From the NCBI GenBank assembly GCA_963817525.1, contig CAWFOU010000001.1, positions 256,001-320,000 of the forward strand: 64,000 nucleotides of DNA. Reading direction: 5' to 3'. Position numbers and translations under genes: made by a program. Shown here one piece after another: positions 10,103-20,302 of the stretch. Position 1 is the stretch's first letter. The number at the start of each line of letters is the position of its first letter. The notes below the pieces were generated by a model. That model did not search any database. It was not told where the DNA came from and saw nothing but the letters and a program-made list of their open reading frames with translations. The stretch is from an uncultured archaeon. Its GTDB lineage: Archaea; Thermoproteota; Nitrososphaeria; Nitrososphaerales; Gagatemarchaeaceae.

Positions 10103-10480
10103 TCACTGGGCAGGGGCGTCTTGCGTTGCCGTGGAGGGGACCTCCGCCGCCTTCGCCGCTTCCTTCTCGGCGTGGCTCTCCGTCTTCTTCTTGGCCTCCT
10201 CCTTCTCCAGCTCCTCCTCGACCTCCTCGTCGGTCTCGATCTCGACGAGCCTCAACTCGCTTCCCTCGACCAAGACCCTGTAGCGGTCCCTCACCTTCTC
10301 GATGCTGAGAAAGCGCTTGATGTACGTCTTGACGTGCCTAGACCGTATCCCCTTCTTGATAGACTTTTCCTCGATGTCGAGCTCCCCACCGCTCACCTCG
10401 CCCTTGACGCCTATCCTGGGCTCGAGGAATTCGGCTAGATCGTCCCCCTTTTCCTTCAAGGTGCCCAGGAGTATCTTCAT
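10103..10480 (-). CDS. Ribosomal protein eL22 (L22e)-like
   Basis: LAEFLEPRI...SRHVKTYIKRFL...VRDRYRVL...LRLVEI followed by an acidic tract parallels eukaryotic eL22 (FLQERI...KRYLKYLTKKYL...LRDWLRVV...acidic tail). Confidence 0.65.
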   Translation of the reverse strand: MKILLGTLKEKGDDLAEFLEPRIGVKGEVSGGELDIEEKSIKKGIRSRHVKTYIKRFLSIEKVRDRYRVLVEGSELRLVEIETDEEVEEELEKEEAKKKTESHAEKEAAKAAEVPSTATQDAPAQ

Positions 10481-10761
10481 TAGTGTTCAGCGCACCTCCT
10501 TCAGGATGTCATTATAACGGTTACGTGCTTGTCAGTCAATCGAAAAGCGGGCGGCATCAACCCCACTCTTGTCGTAGTGTAACTTCAAAGCACGCCATCG
10601 GGGTGGGCGGAGAAGTTCGTCACAATGAGGGCGCGATGTCTGTGGTGGTCCTCATCTTCGTAGGAGTTCGTCGTGAGCGTCCCGCTCGCCCAACGCCGAG
10701 TTTCAAGACTACCAATTCACTTTATATGAGATTGCGCGACTTGTGCAAGCGCTAGCCCGCG

Positions 10762-11949
10762 TTGGCAACGATAAGGGTCGAGGACGTGGAGAAGACCTAC
10801 GGTGACTCAAAGGTCCTGAACCGCGTCTCCTTCAGCGTCTCCGACGGTGAGTTCAGCGTCCTGCTGGGGCCCTCAGGCTGCGGCAAGACCACGCTACTAA
10901 GGTGCATAGCTGGCCTCGAGCGCCCCGACTCGGGTCACATCTACATCGGGGAAGAGAATGTCGACGCCTTCCCACCCGGCCGGAGAGACATCGCAATGGT
11001 CTTTCAGACCGTCTCGCTCTTCCCTCACATGACCGTCGCCGAGAACATCTCCTTCCCTCTCAAGATGAGGGGCTCCAGCGTCCAAGCCATGGCCGAAAAG
11101 GTCAGGGAGGTCGCGAAGCTCCTATCCATCGAAGGTCTCCTCGACAAGGCGCCGAGGGAGCTGAGCGGCGGAGAGCAGCAGCGGGTCGAGCTCGGGAGGG
11201 CGATCGCGCGGGAACCGAAAGCCTTTCTCATGGACGAGCCCTTGAGCAGCCTCGACTCCCCTCTGAGGGCTCAACTCAGGGCCGAGTTGAAGAGAATCCA
11301 GCGCGAGGTCGGTGCGACGACTCTGTACGTCACCCACGATCAGGCGGAGGCACTCGCTATGGCGGACAGGATAGGCGTGATGAACGGGGGGACCTTGCTC
11401 CAGTATGACAGCGCCCAAGACGTGTTTGGGAGGCCATCCAGCGCCTTCGTCGCGAGGTTCGTGGGCGACCCTCAGGCCAACATCTTGAACGTCAAGGTCA
11501 TCAGGGCGGATGGTCCCGCTGACTCCCCGCAGCAATCTCAAGGATACGCCATCGTTGGCGAAGGCTTCTCGTCACCTATACCCAGTACCACCGCTCGCGA
11601 GATCTTGGAGAAAGTAAGAACCCTCCAGCGTGGGGGGCCTCAAGCCGATGAGGCGATCCAGGTCTCGATCAGACCGGAGGACATCCACGTCGCGACCTCT
11701 CCTGGAGAATCCGGGGGCGAAATCAAGGGCAGGGTCGTCCTGGACGAGACGCTCACCCTCTACAGGTTGCTTACCGTCGAGCTCGATAGCGACCGGGGCC
11801 TGGCCTCGAGCGACTCGCCTGGCCGGACGAGCATCAAGGTCCTATCCGAAAAGGAATCCAAGTTCCGCCCCGGGGATGAGGTCTGGCTCCGGCCCGACCT
11901 GGGAAAAGCGCACTACTTCGAGAAGACCACAGGGGCCGCCATCCTTTGA
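10762..11949 (+). CDS. Sugar ABC transporter ATP-binding subunit
   Basis: GPSGCGKTT, LSGGEQQR, FLMDEP and YVTHDQ. Confidence 0.95.
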   Translation: MATIRVEDVEKTYGDSKVLNRVSFSVSDGEFSVLLGPSGCGKTTLLRCIAGLERPDSGHIYIGEENVDAFPPGRRDIAMVFQTVSLFPHMTVAENISFPLKMRGSSVQAMAEKVREVAKLLSIEGLLDKAPRELSGGEQQRVELGRAIAREPKAFLMDEPLSSLDSPLRAQLRAELKRIQREVGATTLYVTHDQAEALAMADRIGVMNGGTLLQYDSAQDVFGRPSSAFVARFVGDPQANILNVKVIRADGPADSPQQSQGYAIVGEGFSSPIPSTTAREILEKVRTLQRGGPQADEAIQVSIRPEDIHVATSPGESGGEIKGRVVLDETLTLYRLLTVELDSDRGLASSDSPGRTSIKVLSEKESKFRPGDEVWLRPDLGKAHYFEKTTGAAIL

Positions 11950-12254
11950 CAGGGAGCGCTGCAACCCGGATTCCGGTCGTACGAACGGAGCGCACTTCTT
12001 ATTTCACCCCGAACAACGTCACGGTCTCTCAGCATCATCACGCCTCGTCGGTGAAGTTCTACTACGGTGATAGCCCCAGATCCTCGCCCATCAAGGCATT
12101 CAGCGTGACGGCGGATGAGATAGCGTCGGGATCGACCGCGCTCGCGGACTTGGTCGCGAGTAGGGTCGGGGGATTCCCGTTCCGTCCGCCCCTGACCGCC
12201 CACCAGGCGCAAAGTGCGAGCCACATCAACTGCATTCCGCCAGTGGGACCATGA
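11946..12254 (+). CDS. Small hypothetical protein inside the ABC operon
   Basis: Overlaps both neighbours by 4 bp (TTGA and ATGA); no recognisable motif. Confidence 0.45.
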   Translation: MTGSAATRIPVVRTERTSYFTPNNVTVSQHHHASSVKFYYGDSPRSSPIKAFSVTADEIASGSTALADLVASRVGGFPFRPPLTAHQAQSASHINCIPPVGP

Positions 12255-13141
12255 ACGGGTCGAAGACGAGGGGGAGAGTGGTCGAGAGGTATTGGTACCT
12301 GCTTCTCGTCCCCATTTTCGTCGTTCTTTCCGTTGTCGAATTCTACCCGCTTCTGTATGGGGTCTACCTGAGCCTGACAGGGCCCAACGGGAGCGCCACG
12401 CTGGCCAACTACTCGCAGGTGGCCTCGGATGTTGACTTTTGGGACTCTTTCGTTGCGTCTCTTACATTTTCCGTCCTGAGCACGATTCTCGCTTTTTGCT
12501 TCGGGCTCGCCCTCACGTTCCTCATCCTGCAGGCGACCAAGTGGAGGGGTCTCCTCGAAGCCGTCTTCTTGGCGCCCCTCGCGATGGCTCCCATCGCCGT
12601 CGGCGTCGTGTGGGCCCCGTCCACCGTCTGGGACGACTTCCAGACATTCACGCACCTCACGATAGGGCTGCCCTTCTTCAATGAGTTGTCGGTCACGTTC
12701 TATGTCCCGGTGATGTCTCTCTCCGAGGCGTGGGAATGGGCCCCGCTCATCATGCTCGTCTCCATAAGCATCATAAACTTGACCCGGAAGTCGATCTACG
12801 AGGCGGCCAGGCTCAACGGCGCCTCGGCATGGCAAGTCTTCAGGGAGATCACGATCCCTTCGATAGTGCGCTCCCCGGTGATGCAGTTTGTGATCGTCCT
12901 CCAGTTCATCGACGCGATGTGGGCATTCGAGATCCCACTGGAGTGGTCCAGATGGCTCGGGTTCTCGACGTCGGTCGGGTCTCCCGCTGACACCCTGAGC
13001 CTGTTCCTCTACAAGCTCCTGTTCATCCCCGGCTTCGGCGACCCAATCCGGCTCGTGTCCGCCATGGCAGTCTCTTTGCTCGTCCTCACACTCGTGGGAA
13101 CCACAGCGATGGTACGCCTCCTCGGGAAAATGGGAAATTAG
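12251..13141 (+). CDS. Carbohydrate ABC transporter permease (MalF-like)
   Basis: Multiple TM helices; EAA loop IYEAARLNGASAWQVFREITIP. Confidence 0.92.
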   Translation: MNGSKTRGRVVERYWYLLLVPIFVVLSVVEFYPLLYGVYLSLTGPNGSATLANYSQVASDVDFWDSFVASLTFSVLSTILAFCFGLALTFLILQATKWRGLLEAVFLAPLAMAPIAVGVVWAPSTVWDDFQTFTHLTIGLPFFNELSVTFYVPVMSLSEAWEWAPLIMLVSISIINLTRKSIYEAARLNGASAWQVFREITIPSIVRSPVMQFVIVLQFIDAMWAFEIPLEWSRWLGFSTSVGSPADTLSLFLYKLLFIPGFGDPIRLVSAMAVSLLVLTLVGTTAMVRLLGKMGN

Positions 13142-13150
13142 TGGAAGACC

Positions 13151-14047
13151 ATGTCGATCGACGAAACAAGACAGCCTGAAAAGAAGGCGCGGCCGGTGGC
13201 AGGCATCAGGAGCTGGGGTGGGAGGGCGCTCTTCTACGTCGCTTTGCTGGTCGCGATACTCTATTCCATATTTCCTCCGATCGCCATGGCGGCCGACACG
13301 GTCGGGGCGAACATCGCTGCCCTGTTCGCCATGATGGGCGGGGCTCCCATCGGCCCGCATGCCTTCTACTTCACGCCGGTCTACTACCAGAACGCCCTCA
13401 GTTTTGCCGCCTTCCCGAGCCGGGCTTTGAACAGCCTCGCTATCGCGGCGTTGAGCATAGGCGCCGCCCTCGCCGTGGGGATTCCGGTGTCTTACATCCT
13501 AGCCAGGGTCGATATCAAGGGGAAGGGGGCGATCTCTTTCGTCCTCCTTGCGCTGAGGACCCTCTCACCATTCGCCGTCGTCCTCCCGCTCTACATCTTC
13601 TTCAGCAGTGTAGGCCTGTGGGACACCTACCAAGGCGTCGCCCTGGCCGAACTCCTCGTCGTCCTGACGGTCGTGGTCTGGATGGTCAAGGGGTTCTTCG
13701 CGGACATACCTCGGCAGGTGTACGACGCCGCATCGGTCTTTGCGACATCGGAGGGGCAGGTGTTCAGGCGGGTCGCCCTGCCGTTGGTCGCCGGAGGGGT
13801 TGCCGTCACTGCCATCTTCGGGATCGTCCTCATATGGAACGAATTCTTGATATCCACTATCCTCACCGGCCCTCTTACAAAATCCGTGGCAGTCGGCGTG
13901 TGGACGGGGTTGGGGGCGGGAAACAATACGCCGGCCTTCATAGGCTCCGAGACAGCCGCCACCCTCGTTTACCTCCCCGCCCTCGCTGTCATGCTGGCGA
14001 TAAGGAAGTACCTAGCCAAGGGCTTCAGCCTGGCCACGGCACGGTAA
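13151..14047 (+). CDS. Carbohydrate ABC transporter permease (MalG-like)
   Basis: TM helices; FFADIPRQVYDAA EAA-like loop and WNEFL. Confidence 0.92.
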   Translation: MSIDETRQPEKKARPVAGIRSWGGRALFYVALLVAILYSIFPPIAMAADTVGANIAALFAMMGGAPIGPHAFYFTPVYYQNALSFAAFPSRALNSLAIAALSIGAALAVGIPVSYILARVDIKGKGAISFVLLALRTLSPFAVVLPLYIFFSSVGLWDTYQGVALAELLVVLTVVVWMVKGFFADIPRQVYDAASVFATSEGQVFRRVALPLVAGGVAVTAIFGIVLIWNEFLISTILTGPLTKSVAVGVWTGLGAGNNTPAFIGSETAATLVYLPALAVMLAIRKYLAKGFSLATAR

Positions 14048-14187
14048 GTGCCTCCTTACGTTAGCATCCGGATTTTGGAACACTTGCACAGCCGCACAAC
14101 ACGTGGATGGGAACTCCTTGCCTAGCGCGGGCGGAGGCTAAGTGACCACACAACGCCATAAGCCTCGTGGGCAGCGGATGGCAACGG

Positions 14188-14979
14188 TTACCTTCCGAGC
14201 CGCCGCTGCCTCTGCTGGTAGATCCTGATAGCCCGCATGAGGTCTATCTTGCGGAAGTCGGGCCAGTAGACGTCCAGGAAGACTAGCTCGCTGTACGCCC
14301 CCTGCCACAGGAGAAAGCCGCTCATCCTCTCCTCCCCGGACGTCCTGATTATGAGGTCTGGCTCGGGGTTCGGCAAGTGCGAGGTGTACAGCCTCCGCGA
14401 GATCGTCTCTTCCGTTATCTCGTCGGGCGAGATAATGCCCTTCTTGACGTCTTCGGCGATGCCCCTCACCGAGTCCGTGATCTCCGTCCTACCGCCGTAC
14501 GCCACGGCGATGTTGAGGAAGTGGCCGTCGAAGTCCGCCGTCTTCCGCTCGACCTCGTCGAGTATCTCCCTCATCTCCTGCGGGAGGAGGTCGAACTTCC
14601 CGATCCCCTTCACCCTCACCCGATACTTGTAGATCCTCTCGTCCGTCAGGAGCCTTCTCAGCCTCTCCTCGATAAGGCGGAAGAGCTCGGCCACCTCTTC
14701 CGCGGACCTTTGGAGGTTCTCGGTGGAGAGGACGTAGAGAGTTATCGACTTTATCCCGATCTCGTGGCACCAGTCGAGCAGCCTCTCCACGACGTCGGCG
14801 CCCTGCGTATGCCCGAGGTCGATCGCAAGGTTGTGGTTCTGCGCCCACCTCCGGTTCCCGTCGAGGATTATCCCGATGTGCTGGGGGATGGGGCCTTGCT
14901 CTATCTGGGAGTTCAGGTTGCTCTCGTAGAGCCGGTAGACTCCGATTGACCGAAGGATGCCGTCAAGCACGCCAGTCAC
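14188..14979 (-). CDS. uppS: cis-prenyltransferase (polyprenyl diphosphate synthase)
   Basis: HIGIILDGNRRWA, STEN, YGGRTEI and PDLIIRTSGEERMSGFLLWQ. Confidence 0.96.
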   Translation of the reverse strand: MTGVLDGILRSIGVYRLYESNLNSQIEQGPIPQHIGIILDGNRRWAQNHNLAIDLGHTQGADVVERLLDWCHEIGIKSITLYVLSTENLQRSAEEVAELFRLIEERLRRLLTDERIYKYRVRVKGIGKFDLLPQEMREILDEVERKTADFDGHFLNIAVAYGGRTEITDSVRGIAEDVKKGIISPDEITEETISRRLYTSHLPNPEPDLIIRTSGEERMSGFLLWQGAYSELVFLDVYWPDFRKIDLMRAIRIYQQRQRRLGR

Positions 14980-16184
14980 TCCTGATGCTCTTCGGGCGCG
15001 TCCTGCTCGTCATCCTGGTGGCCGTGGGACTCTCCTGGGGGCATCGACGGTCCGGGTGTCGCTGTGGTCGGGACTGCCGGCCTGCTCCTCAAGCGCGTGT
15101 ATAGGGTCCCGACCAGACTGAACACCATCGCCAGCCCCAGGAAGACGTAGATCAGAAGGAGTATCGACGAGGTCGTACCCCCGGTGACAAGGTAGCTGCC
15201 GAACTGGTCCAGAGGGAAGAAGAGGAGTGCCAGGACCACGATGCCGGTCACGCTCCTCCACGCCCTCGGGCTCCCCCTCAGGAGCTGGCTGAGCAGGGTC
15301 CCAGCGAGGTACACCCCGATCGCGGCCCAGATGAGCAGGAGCGATCCCTGCAGATAGTATCCGACGAGGGCGCCTCCGTCCTGGAAGAAGAGCGAAGGCT
15401 TGGCGCTAACTGCCGAGATCAAGTCAGGCGCCTGCCCCGTCATGTTGGTGTATCCGCTCGAGAGCCCGACTATGAGGATCAGGATGCTCGTGGGCGCGGT
15501 GAACAGCCGGATGTAGCCGTAGGGGCGCTGGCTCAGCATCCCGGCGACGAACCTATCGATGTTGAAGCCTCGTATGAGGAAGGCGGCCCCGAGGATGAGC
15601 ACTATCGAGAGCGCCGCAAGGTACCCGGCCCCGGCGAGCGCGAGGATGCCCGCGAAGAGCAGTATCACCCCCGGGACTCCTATCGCCCACTTTGAGTACC
15701 TGGGGTCGTACACCAGCATCCGCAGGTATCTCGCGAGCACCATGTAGTTCTCCTCCACCGAGCGGCTGTGCTTCACGACCACTCGCCTCACAGAGACTAT
15801 GGGCTTCAGAGTCTGGAGTATGGGGATGACCAGCTCGTCCTCAGCCCCGTCGCTGATGAGCACTATCCCCGAATACTCCCGCTTGGAGAGGAGCGTCTCG
15901 ACCTCGCTCCTGATCTTCCTGTCTGCCTTGTACCCGCTCTCCTCGAGGCCGCAGACCGCTCCGACGTCGCAATCCACCTCCTGCCCGCGGAGCCTGTCGT
16001 ACTCCTTCACCGCGGCGAAGAGCGCGTTCGCGTCGGCCTCCTCCGGGTCGGCGACCGCCAGCCCGGTCGCGGCGGCCATCACCGCCTCCCTCCCAGAGAT
16101 CGGGGACCGGATCCCGGTCTTCCGCTCGAGGTCCCCGTCCCTGTCGACCGACAAGACCAGGACGCGCTCTTCCGGGGCCGGCAT
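14976..16184 (-). CDS. DUF373-family membrane protein
   Basis: LVLSVDRDGDL, DPEEADANA, SDGAEDE, RRVVVKHS and C-terminal TMs; adjacent to uppS. Confidence 0.85.
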   Translation of the reverse strand: MPAPEERVLVLSVDRDGDLERKTGIRSPISGREAVMAAATGLAVADPEEADANALFAAVKEYDRLRGQEVDCDVGAVCGLEESGYKADRKIRSEVETLLSKREYSGIVLISDGAEDELVIPILQTLKPIVSVRRVVVKHSRSVEENYMVLARYLRMLVYDPRYSKWAIGVPGVILLFAGILALAGAGYLAALSIVLILGAAFLIRGFNIDRFVAGMLSQRPYGYIRLFTAPTSILILIVGLSSGYTNMTGQAPDLISAVSAKPSLFFQDGGALVGYYLQGSLLLIWAAIGVYLAGTLLSQLLRGSPRAWRSVTGIVVLALLFFPLDQFGSYLVTGGTTSSILLLIYVFLGLAMVFSLVGTLYTRLRSRPAVPTTATPGPSMPPGESHGHQDDEQDAPEEHQE

Positions 16185-16293
16185 GATTTTCTCGCCCTCA
16201 AGAACGTCCCTCGCTACTTAAGGGCTACTTACCACAGCTCCATTGAGAGCGGTTCGGAAAGACAAATTAGCCGCCTGTCGAAGAACTAGGGCG

Positions 16294-18012
16294 TTGCTCG
16301 TCGAGCGTCCGTGGCGCAAGGCCTGGGCAAAGCACGTCATCGAGCTCGGGGACATCCCCCCCGAGCCGAGGCCGCTCTTCGAGCTCGTCACCGCGGCTGC
16401 CGCTCGTGGCCCGAAGAAGACCTGCATACGCTTCCAAGGCGCCAGCATGACCTATGGGCGGCTCGACGACCTCTCTTCGAGGTTCGCCTCCTCCCTCCTG
16501 TCGATGGGGGTGAAGAAGGGAGACAGGGTGGCGCTCTTCATGCCGAACATGCCGCAGTTCGTCATATCCTACTTCGGGATCCTGAAGGCCGGCGGCGTGG
16601 TGGTCCCCTGCAGCCCGCTCTACAAGGCGAGGGAGCTGGAGTTCCAGCTCCGGGACTCCGGGGCGTCAGTCCTCGTCGCGGCGAACGACGTGGTGAAGGG
16701 GAACGACCTATTCGCGAGCGTGGAGGGGTGCAGGCGGAGCGTGGGGGTCAAGGTGGTCACCGCGAGCCTCACAGACTACCTGCCGGGGGCGAAGCGCGCC
16801 CTCGCAGGGCTCGCCGGGGTCAAGAACGTCAAGAGGGAGGGGACCGCGGGCGAGTTCCGAGAGCTCGTCGCGAAGAGCCAGCCCCTCCGCGACTTTGCGA
16901 AGGTCGACCCGAAGGCCGACGTAGCCGTCCTCCAGTACACGGGAGGGACGACCGGCGTGGCAAAGGGCGCGATGCTGACTCACGCCAACCTCTACCTCAA
17001 CGCTGCGGTGATAGCAGCGTGGTTCCCTCTTACCAAGGACGACGTCGCGCTAGGGGTCCTACCGTACTTCCACATATACGGCATGACGGCGGCGATGAAC
17101 GCCCCGCTTCTCGTCGGGAGCACGATGGTGCTCCTCCCCAGGTTTGAGGTCGAGTCAGTCATGGAGACGATACAGAAGGAGAAGGTGACATCGTTCTGCG
17201 GCGTCCCTACGATGTACATCGCGGTCATCCACCACCCCGACGTCAAGAAGTTCAGCCTGAGGACGGTGCGCGGCTGCATCTCCGGCGGCGCACCGCTGCC
17301 CGCGGCCGTCATCAAGAGCTTCGGCGAGCTCACCGGCGGGTCGCTGGTGGAGGGATACGGCCTCAGCGAGGCCAGCCCGGTCACCCACTGCAACCCGATG
17401 GGGGAGGGAGCCTCGCTCAGGGAGGGCTCGATAGGAGTCCCGCTCCCCTTCACGGACGCCGAGATAGTCGACATGGGAGACCCCAGCAAGCGCCTGGGCG
17501 TAGGCGAGGCGGGCGAGCTCGCGGTAAGGGGCCCCCAGGTGATGGCGGGCTACTGGAACAACGAGGCGGAGACCAAGAACGTCCTCACAAAGGACGGTTG
17601 GCTGCTCACCGGGGACATCGCCAAGATGGACGCGGACGGCTACTTCTACATCGTCGACAGGAAGAAGGACATGATCGACGTGTCGGGCCTGAAGGTCTAC
17701 CCGCGCGAGGTCGAGGAGCTGCTCTTCACCCACCCCAGCGTGAAGGAGGCCGCCGTCGTCGGGATGCCCGACGAATATCGAGGAGAGGCGGTCAGCGCCT
17801 ACATCGTCCTCAAGCCCGAGAGCAAGGGCAAGGTCACCGCGGACGACATCATCCAGTTCTGCAGGACCAACCTCGCCACCTACAAGGCCCCGAGGAAGGT
17901 CGAGTTCGTCGATGAGCTCCCCAAGACCCTCGTGGGGAAGGTGCTGAGGCGCAAGCTCAGGGAGGGCGCCTCGGGAGGCCAGCCGCCCGCTCCGCCTAGC
18001 ACCGCTCTATGA
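16294..18012 (+). CDS. Long-chain fatty acid--CoA ligase
   Basis: LQYTGGTTGVAKGA AMP-binding motif, EGYGLSE, TGDIA, DRKKDMI and LPKTLVGK. Start is inferred. Confidence 0.93.
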   Translation: MLVERPWRKAWAKHVIELGDIPPEPRPLFELVTAAAARGPKKTCIRFQGASMTYGRLDDLSSRFASSLLSMGVKKGDRVALFMPNMPQFVISYFGILKAGGVVVPCSPLYKARELEFQLRDSGASVLVAANDVVKGNDLFASVEGCRRSVGVKVVTASLTDYLPGAKRALAGLAGVKNVKREGTAGEFRELVAKSQPLRDFAKVDPKADVAVLQYTGGTTGVAKGAMLTHANLYLNAAVIAAWFPLTKDDVALGVLPYFHIYGMTAAMNAPLLVGSTMVLLPRFEVESVMETIQKEKVTSFCGVPTMYIAVIHHPDVKKFSLRTVRGCISGGAPLPAAVIKSFGELTGGSLVEGYGLSEASPVTHCNPMGEGASLREGSIGVPLPFTDAEIVDMGDPSKRLGVGEAGELAVRGPQVMAGYWNNEAETKNVLTKDGWLLTGDIAKMDADGYFYIVDRKKDMIDVSGLKVYPREVEELLFTHPSVKEAAVVGMPDEYRGEAVSAYIVLKPESKGKVTADDIIQFCRTNLATYKAPRKVEFVDELPKTLVGKVLRRKLREGASGGQPPAPPSTAL

Positions 18013-19174
18013 TCATCGCGAGGGCGTTCCCTCCGCCCATGCATAGGGTGGCCAGCCCGCGCCTCTTGCCCGTCCTCGTCAGCTCGTAGACGAGCGTCGT
18101 GAGCATCCTCGCCCCGCTGCATCCGATGGGATGGCCGAGCGCGACGGCCCCTCCGTTCACATTGAACTTCTCTTCCGGCACGCCCAGCTCGTCCCTGACC
18201 ACTATGGAGGATGTCGAGTACGCCTCGTTGTATTCTACAAGGTCGATGTCCTCCATCGTGAGGCCGGCCTTCTTCATCAGGGCCTTCGCAGTGGGGATCG
18301 GCGCCTCCATCACGTCCTCAGGCTTGCAGCCACCCGCCGCGTAGGCGACGATCCTCGCCAGAGGCTTGAACCCCCGCTTCTTCGCCGCCATTTCGCTCGC
18401 AACTACGAGCGCGCTCGCCCCGTCGCTCAGCTGGGAGGAGTTGCCCGCCGTGAGGACGCCCTCGGGAGTGAAGGCAGGCTTGAGCTTCGCGAGCTTCTCC
18501 AAGTTGGTGTCGAGGCGTATGCACTCGTCCGAGGCGAAGCTCGCCTTCTGCCCCTCCCTCTCGAACTCCACGGCCACTATCTCTTGGTCGAAGAGGCCCG
18601 CTTTCTGGGCCCTCGCCGCCTTCATGTGGCTCTCGAAGGCGTACTCGTCCGCCCGCCTCCTCGTCACTCCGTACTTCTTGGCTATCCGCTCCCCCGTCAT
18701 CCCCATGTGGAACTCGTTGTACACGTCCCACAAGCCGTCGACTATCATCGCGTCCTCCATCTTCGCGTCCCCGTACCTGTTGCCCCAGCGCATCTGCCTC
18801 ACGAGGTACGGGGCGTCGCTCATGTTCTCCGTGCCGCCCGCGACAACGAGCTCCACGTCCCCCGCCTTTATCGCCTGCGCCGCCAGCATCACTGCCTTCA
18901 TGCCCGACCCGCAGACCATGTTGACGCTCATCGAGCCGACCTGGACGGGGACGCCCGAGTAGATCGCGACCTGCCTCGCCACGTTCTGTCCCAGCCCAGC
19001 GGAGATCACGTTCCCGAAAACGACCTCCCCCACGTCCTTCGGCCTGACGCCAGCGCGCGAGAGCGCCTCCTTTGTGACTACGGCGCCGAGCCGAGCAGCG
19101 TGCACCCCGACAAGGCTCTTCCCGAACTTTCCGATCGGCGTCCTGCACGCTGACACGATGACTGGCGACTGCAC
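17996..19174 (-). CDS. Acetyl-CoA acetyltransferase (canonical thiolase)
   Basis: NMVCGSG catalytic Cys, NEAY, GHPIG and CMGGG. Confidence 0.95.
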   Translation of the reverse strand: MQSPVIVSACRTPIGKFGKSLVGVHAARLGAVVTKEALSRAGVRPKDVGEVVFGNVISAGLGQNVARQVAIYSGVPVQVGSMSVNMVCGSGMKAVMLAAQAIKAGDVELVVAGGTENMSDAPYLVRQMRWGNRYGDAKMEDAMIVDGLWDVYNEFHMGMTGERIAKKYGVTRRRADEYAFESHMKAARAQKAGLFDQEIVAVEFEREGQKASFASDECIRLDTNLEKLAKLKPAFTPEGVLTAGNSSQLSDGASALVVASEMAAKKRGFKPLARIVAYAAGGCKPEDVMEAPIPTAKALMKKAGLTMEDIDLVEYNEAYSTSSIVVRDELGVPEEKFNVNGGAVALGHPIGCSGARMLTTLVYELTRTGKRRGLATLCMGGGNALAMIIERC

Positions 19175-19230
19175 TGCCCATCCATCATTCGGGTTCCTTT
19201 ATGAAACTGCTGGAGGAAAACGGCCGACGG

Positions 19231-19791
19231 CTAGGCCACGACGGGGACTGTGCGGGGCTTCGCGAGCCTCGACGCGTAGAAGATGATTATGGGCGCCAGG
19301 ACCGCGCCGGTGAAGAGGTCGCTCAACTCGTGCGATATCATGAACGGGACGCCCAGCGCCTCCGTCGCGAGGAGCTTCTGCGTCGTCAGCGAGGGCCAGA
19401 ACGACAGCAGCGCCGTAGCCGCGTTCGTCTCCAGGTCCCAGAGGAAAGCGCAGATGGCCAGCGTGGCACCGAAGTAGAGGTTGCGCGCCGAGAGCCTCGA
19501 GTGGTCACCCCCCCACGCCCTGGCGGCCGCCCACCCTGCGAGCGCGTAGATGACCTCGCCCGCTACGAGGAAAGGGATGATGTACCCGCCGAAGCCGTAG
19601 GGGCTGAGGGTCCCCCAGATGAGCTCAGACAGGACCCCCACGTAGACCCCCATCTCCAGCCCGAAGACGAACGCTACCGAGAACACGATAGGGTCGACTA
19701 GCTTGACGTTGGGTATGTCGGCGAGGGCGAAGTCGGAGCTAACCGCGAGGGCAGTGAAGGCGGCGACGAGCGCCAGCTCTCTGGTGTTCAT
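19231..19791 (-). CDS. ECF transporter S-component-like membrane protein
   Basis: MNTRELALVAAFTAL N-terminal AxxxA helix, PNVKL, 5-6 TM segments. Confidence 0.75.
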   Translation of the reverse strand: MNTRELALVAAFTALAVSSDFALADIPNVKLVDPIVFSVAFVFGLEMGVYVGVLSELIWGTLSPYGFGGYIIPFLVAGEVIYALAGWAAARAWGGDHSRLSARNLYFGATLAICAFLWDLETNAATALLSFWPSLTTQKLLATEALGVPFMISHELSDLFTGAVLAPIIIFYASRLAKPRTVPVVA

Positions 19792-19825
19792 CGGGGTGGC
19801 GCTGGCTGGACAAACCAGCCAGCCC

Positions 19826-20302
19826 TTAACGGTTTCCGCGCTGCGCCCTCGAGGTCGTCCTGAAACCTTCGATGTCCAGGATGGACCCCCTCCTCCCCCC
19901 CGCGGGGAGGAAGAGCGCCCGCACGACGTCGCCGACCCTGGGTGTGCCCCTTCCCCGGTGGACGATCCGGTGCAGCAAGCCTCCGCTCACCCCCTCGAAC
20001 GTCACCCACCCGAACGTCGTGCGCGAGCCGTCCTCGGCCTTCACCGCGGACAGCGAGGCGATCCGGCCGTCGTGGAAGAGCTCGACGTCGACCCTCGTCC
20101 TAGAGTAGCACTGCAGGCAGTAGGTCCTCGGCGGTAGCCTCACCTCCCCGCACCTCCCGCACTTGCTGGCCACGATCCTTCCTTCCTTTAGCCCGCGGAG
20201 GAACGCCTCGCCCGCCGCCCCGGCCGTGTGCTCGTAGTGCAGCGGGATGCGGTCCCTCCACGCCACGACCCTCCCGGTCCGGGGCTCCACGACGGAGCTC
20301 AA
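19826..20302 (-). CDS. DUF35 Zn-ribbon/OB-fold protein
   Basis: CGRCG...PPRTYCLQC followed by an OB fold ending GSILDI. TTG start overlaps the upstream stop. Confidence 0.88.
   Translation of the reverse strand: MSSVVEPRTGRVVAWRDRIPLHYEHTAGAAGEAFLRGLKEGRIVASKCGRCGEVRLPPRTYCLQCYSRTRVDVELFHDGRIASLSAVKAEDGSRTTFGWVTFEGVSGGLLHRIVHRGRGTPRVGDVVRALFLPAGGRRGSILDIEGFRTTSRAQRGNR

Noticed and set aside
10483-10755. 90-aa ORF or possible ncRNA in the intergenic region
   Set aside because: Atypical composition, spans promoter-like AT boxes, and no recognisable RNA family.
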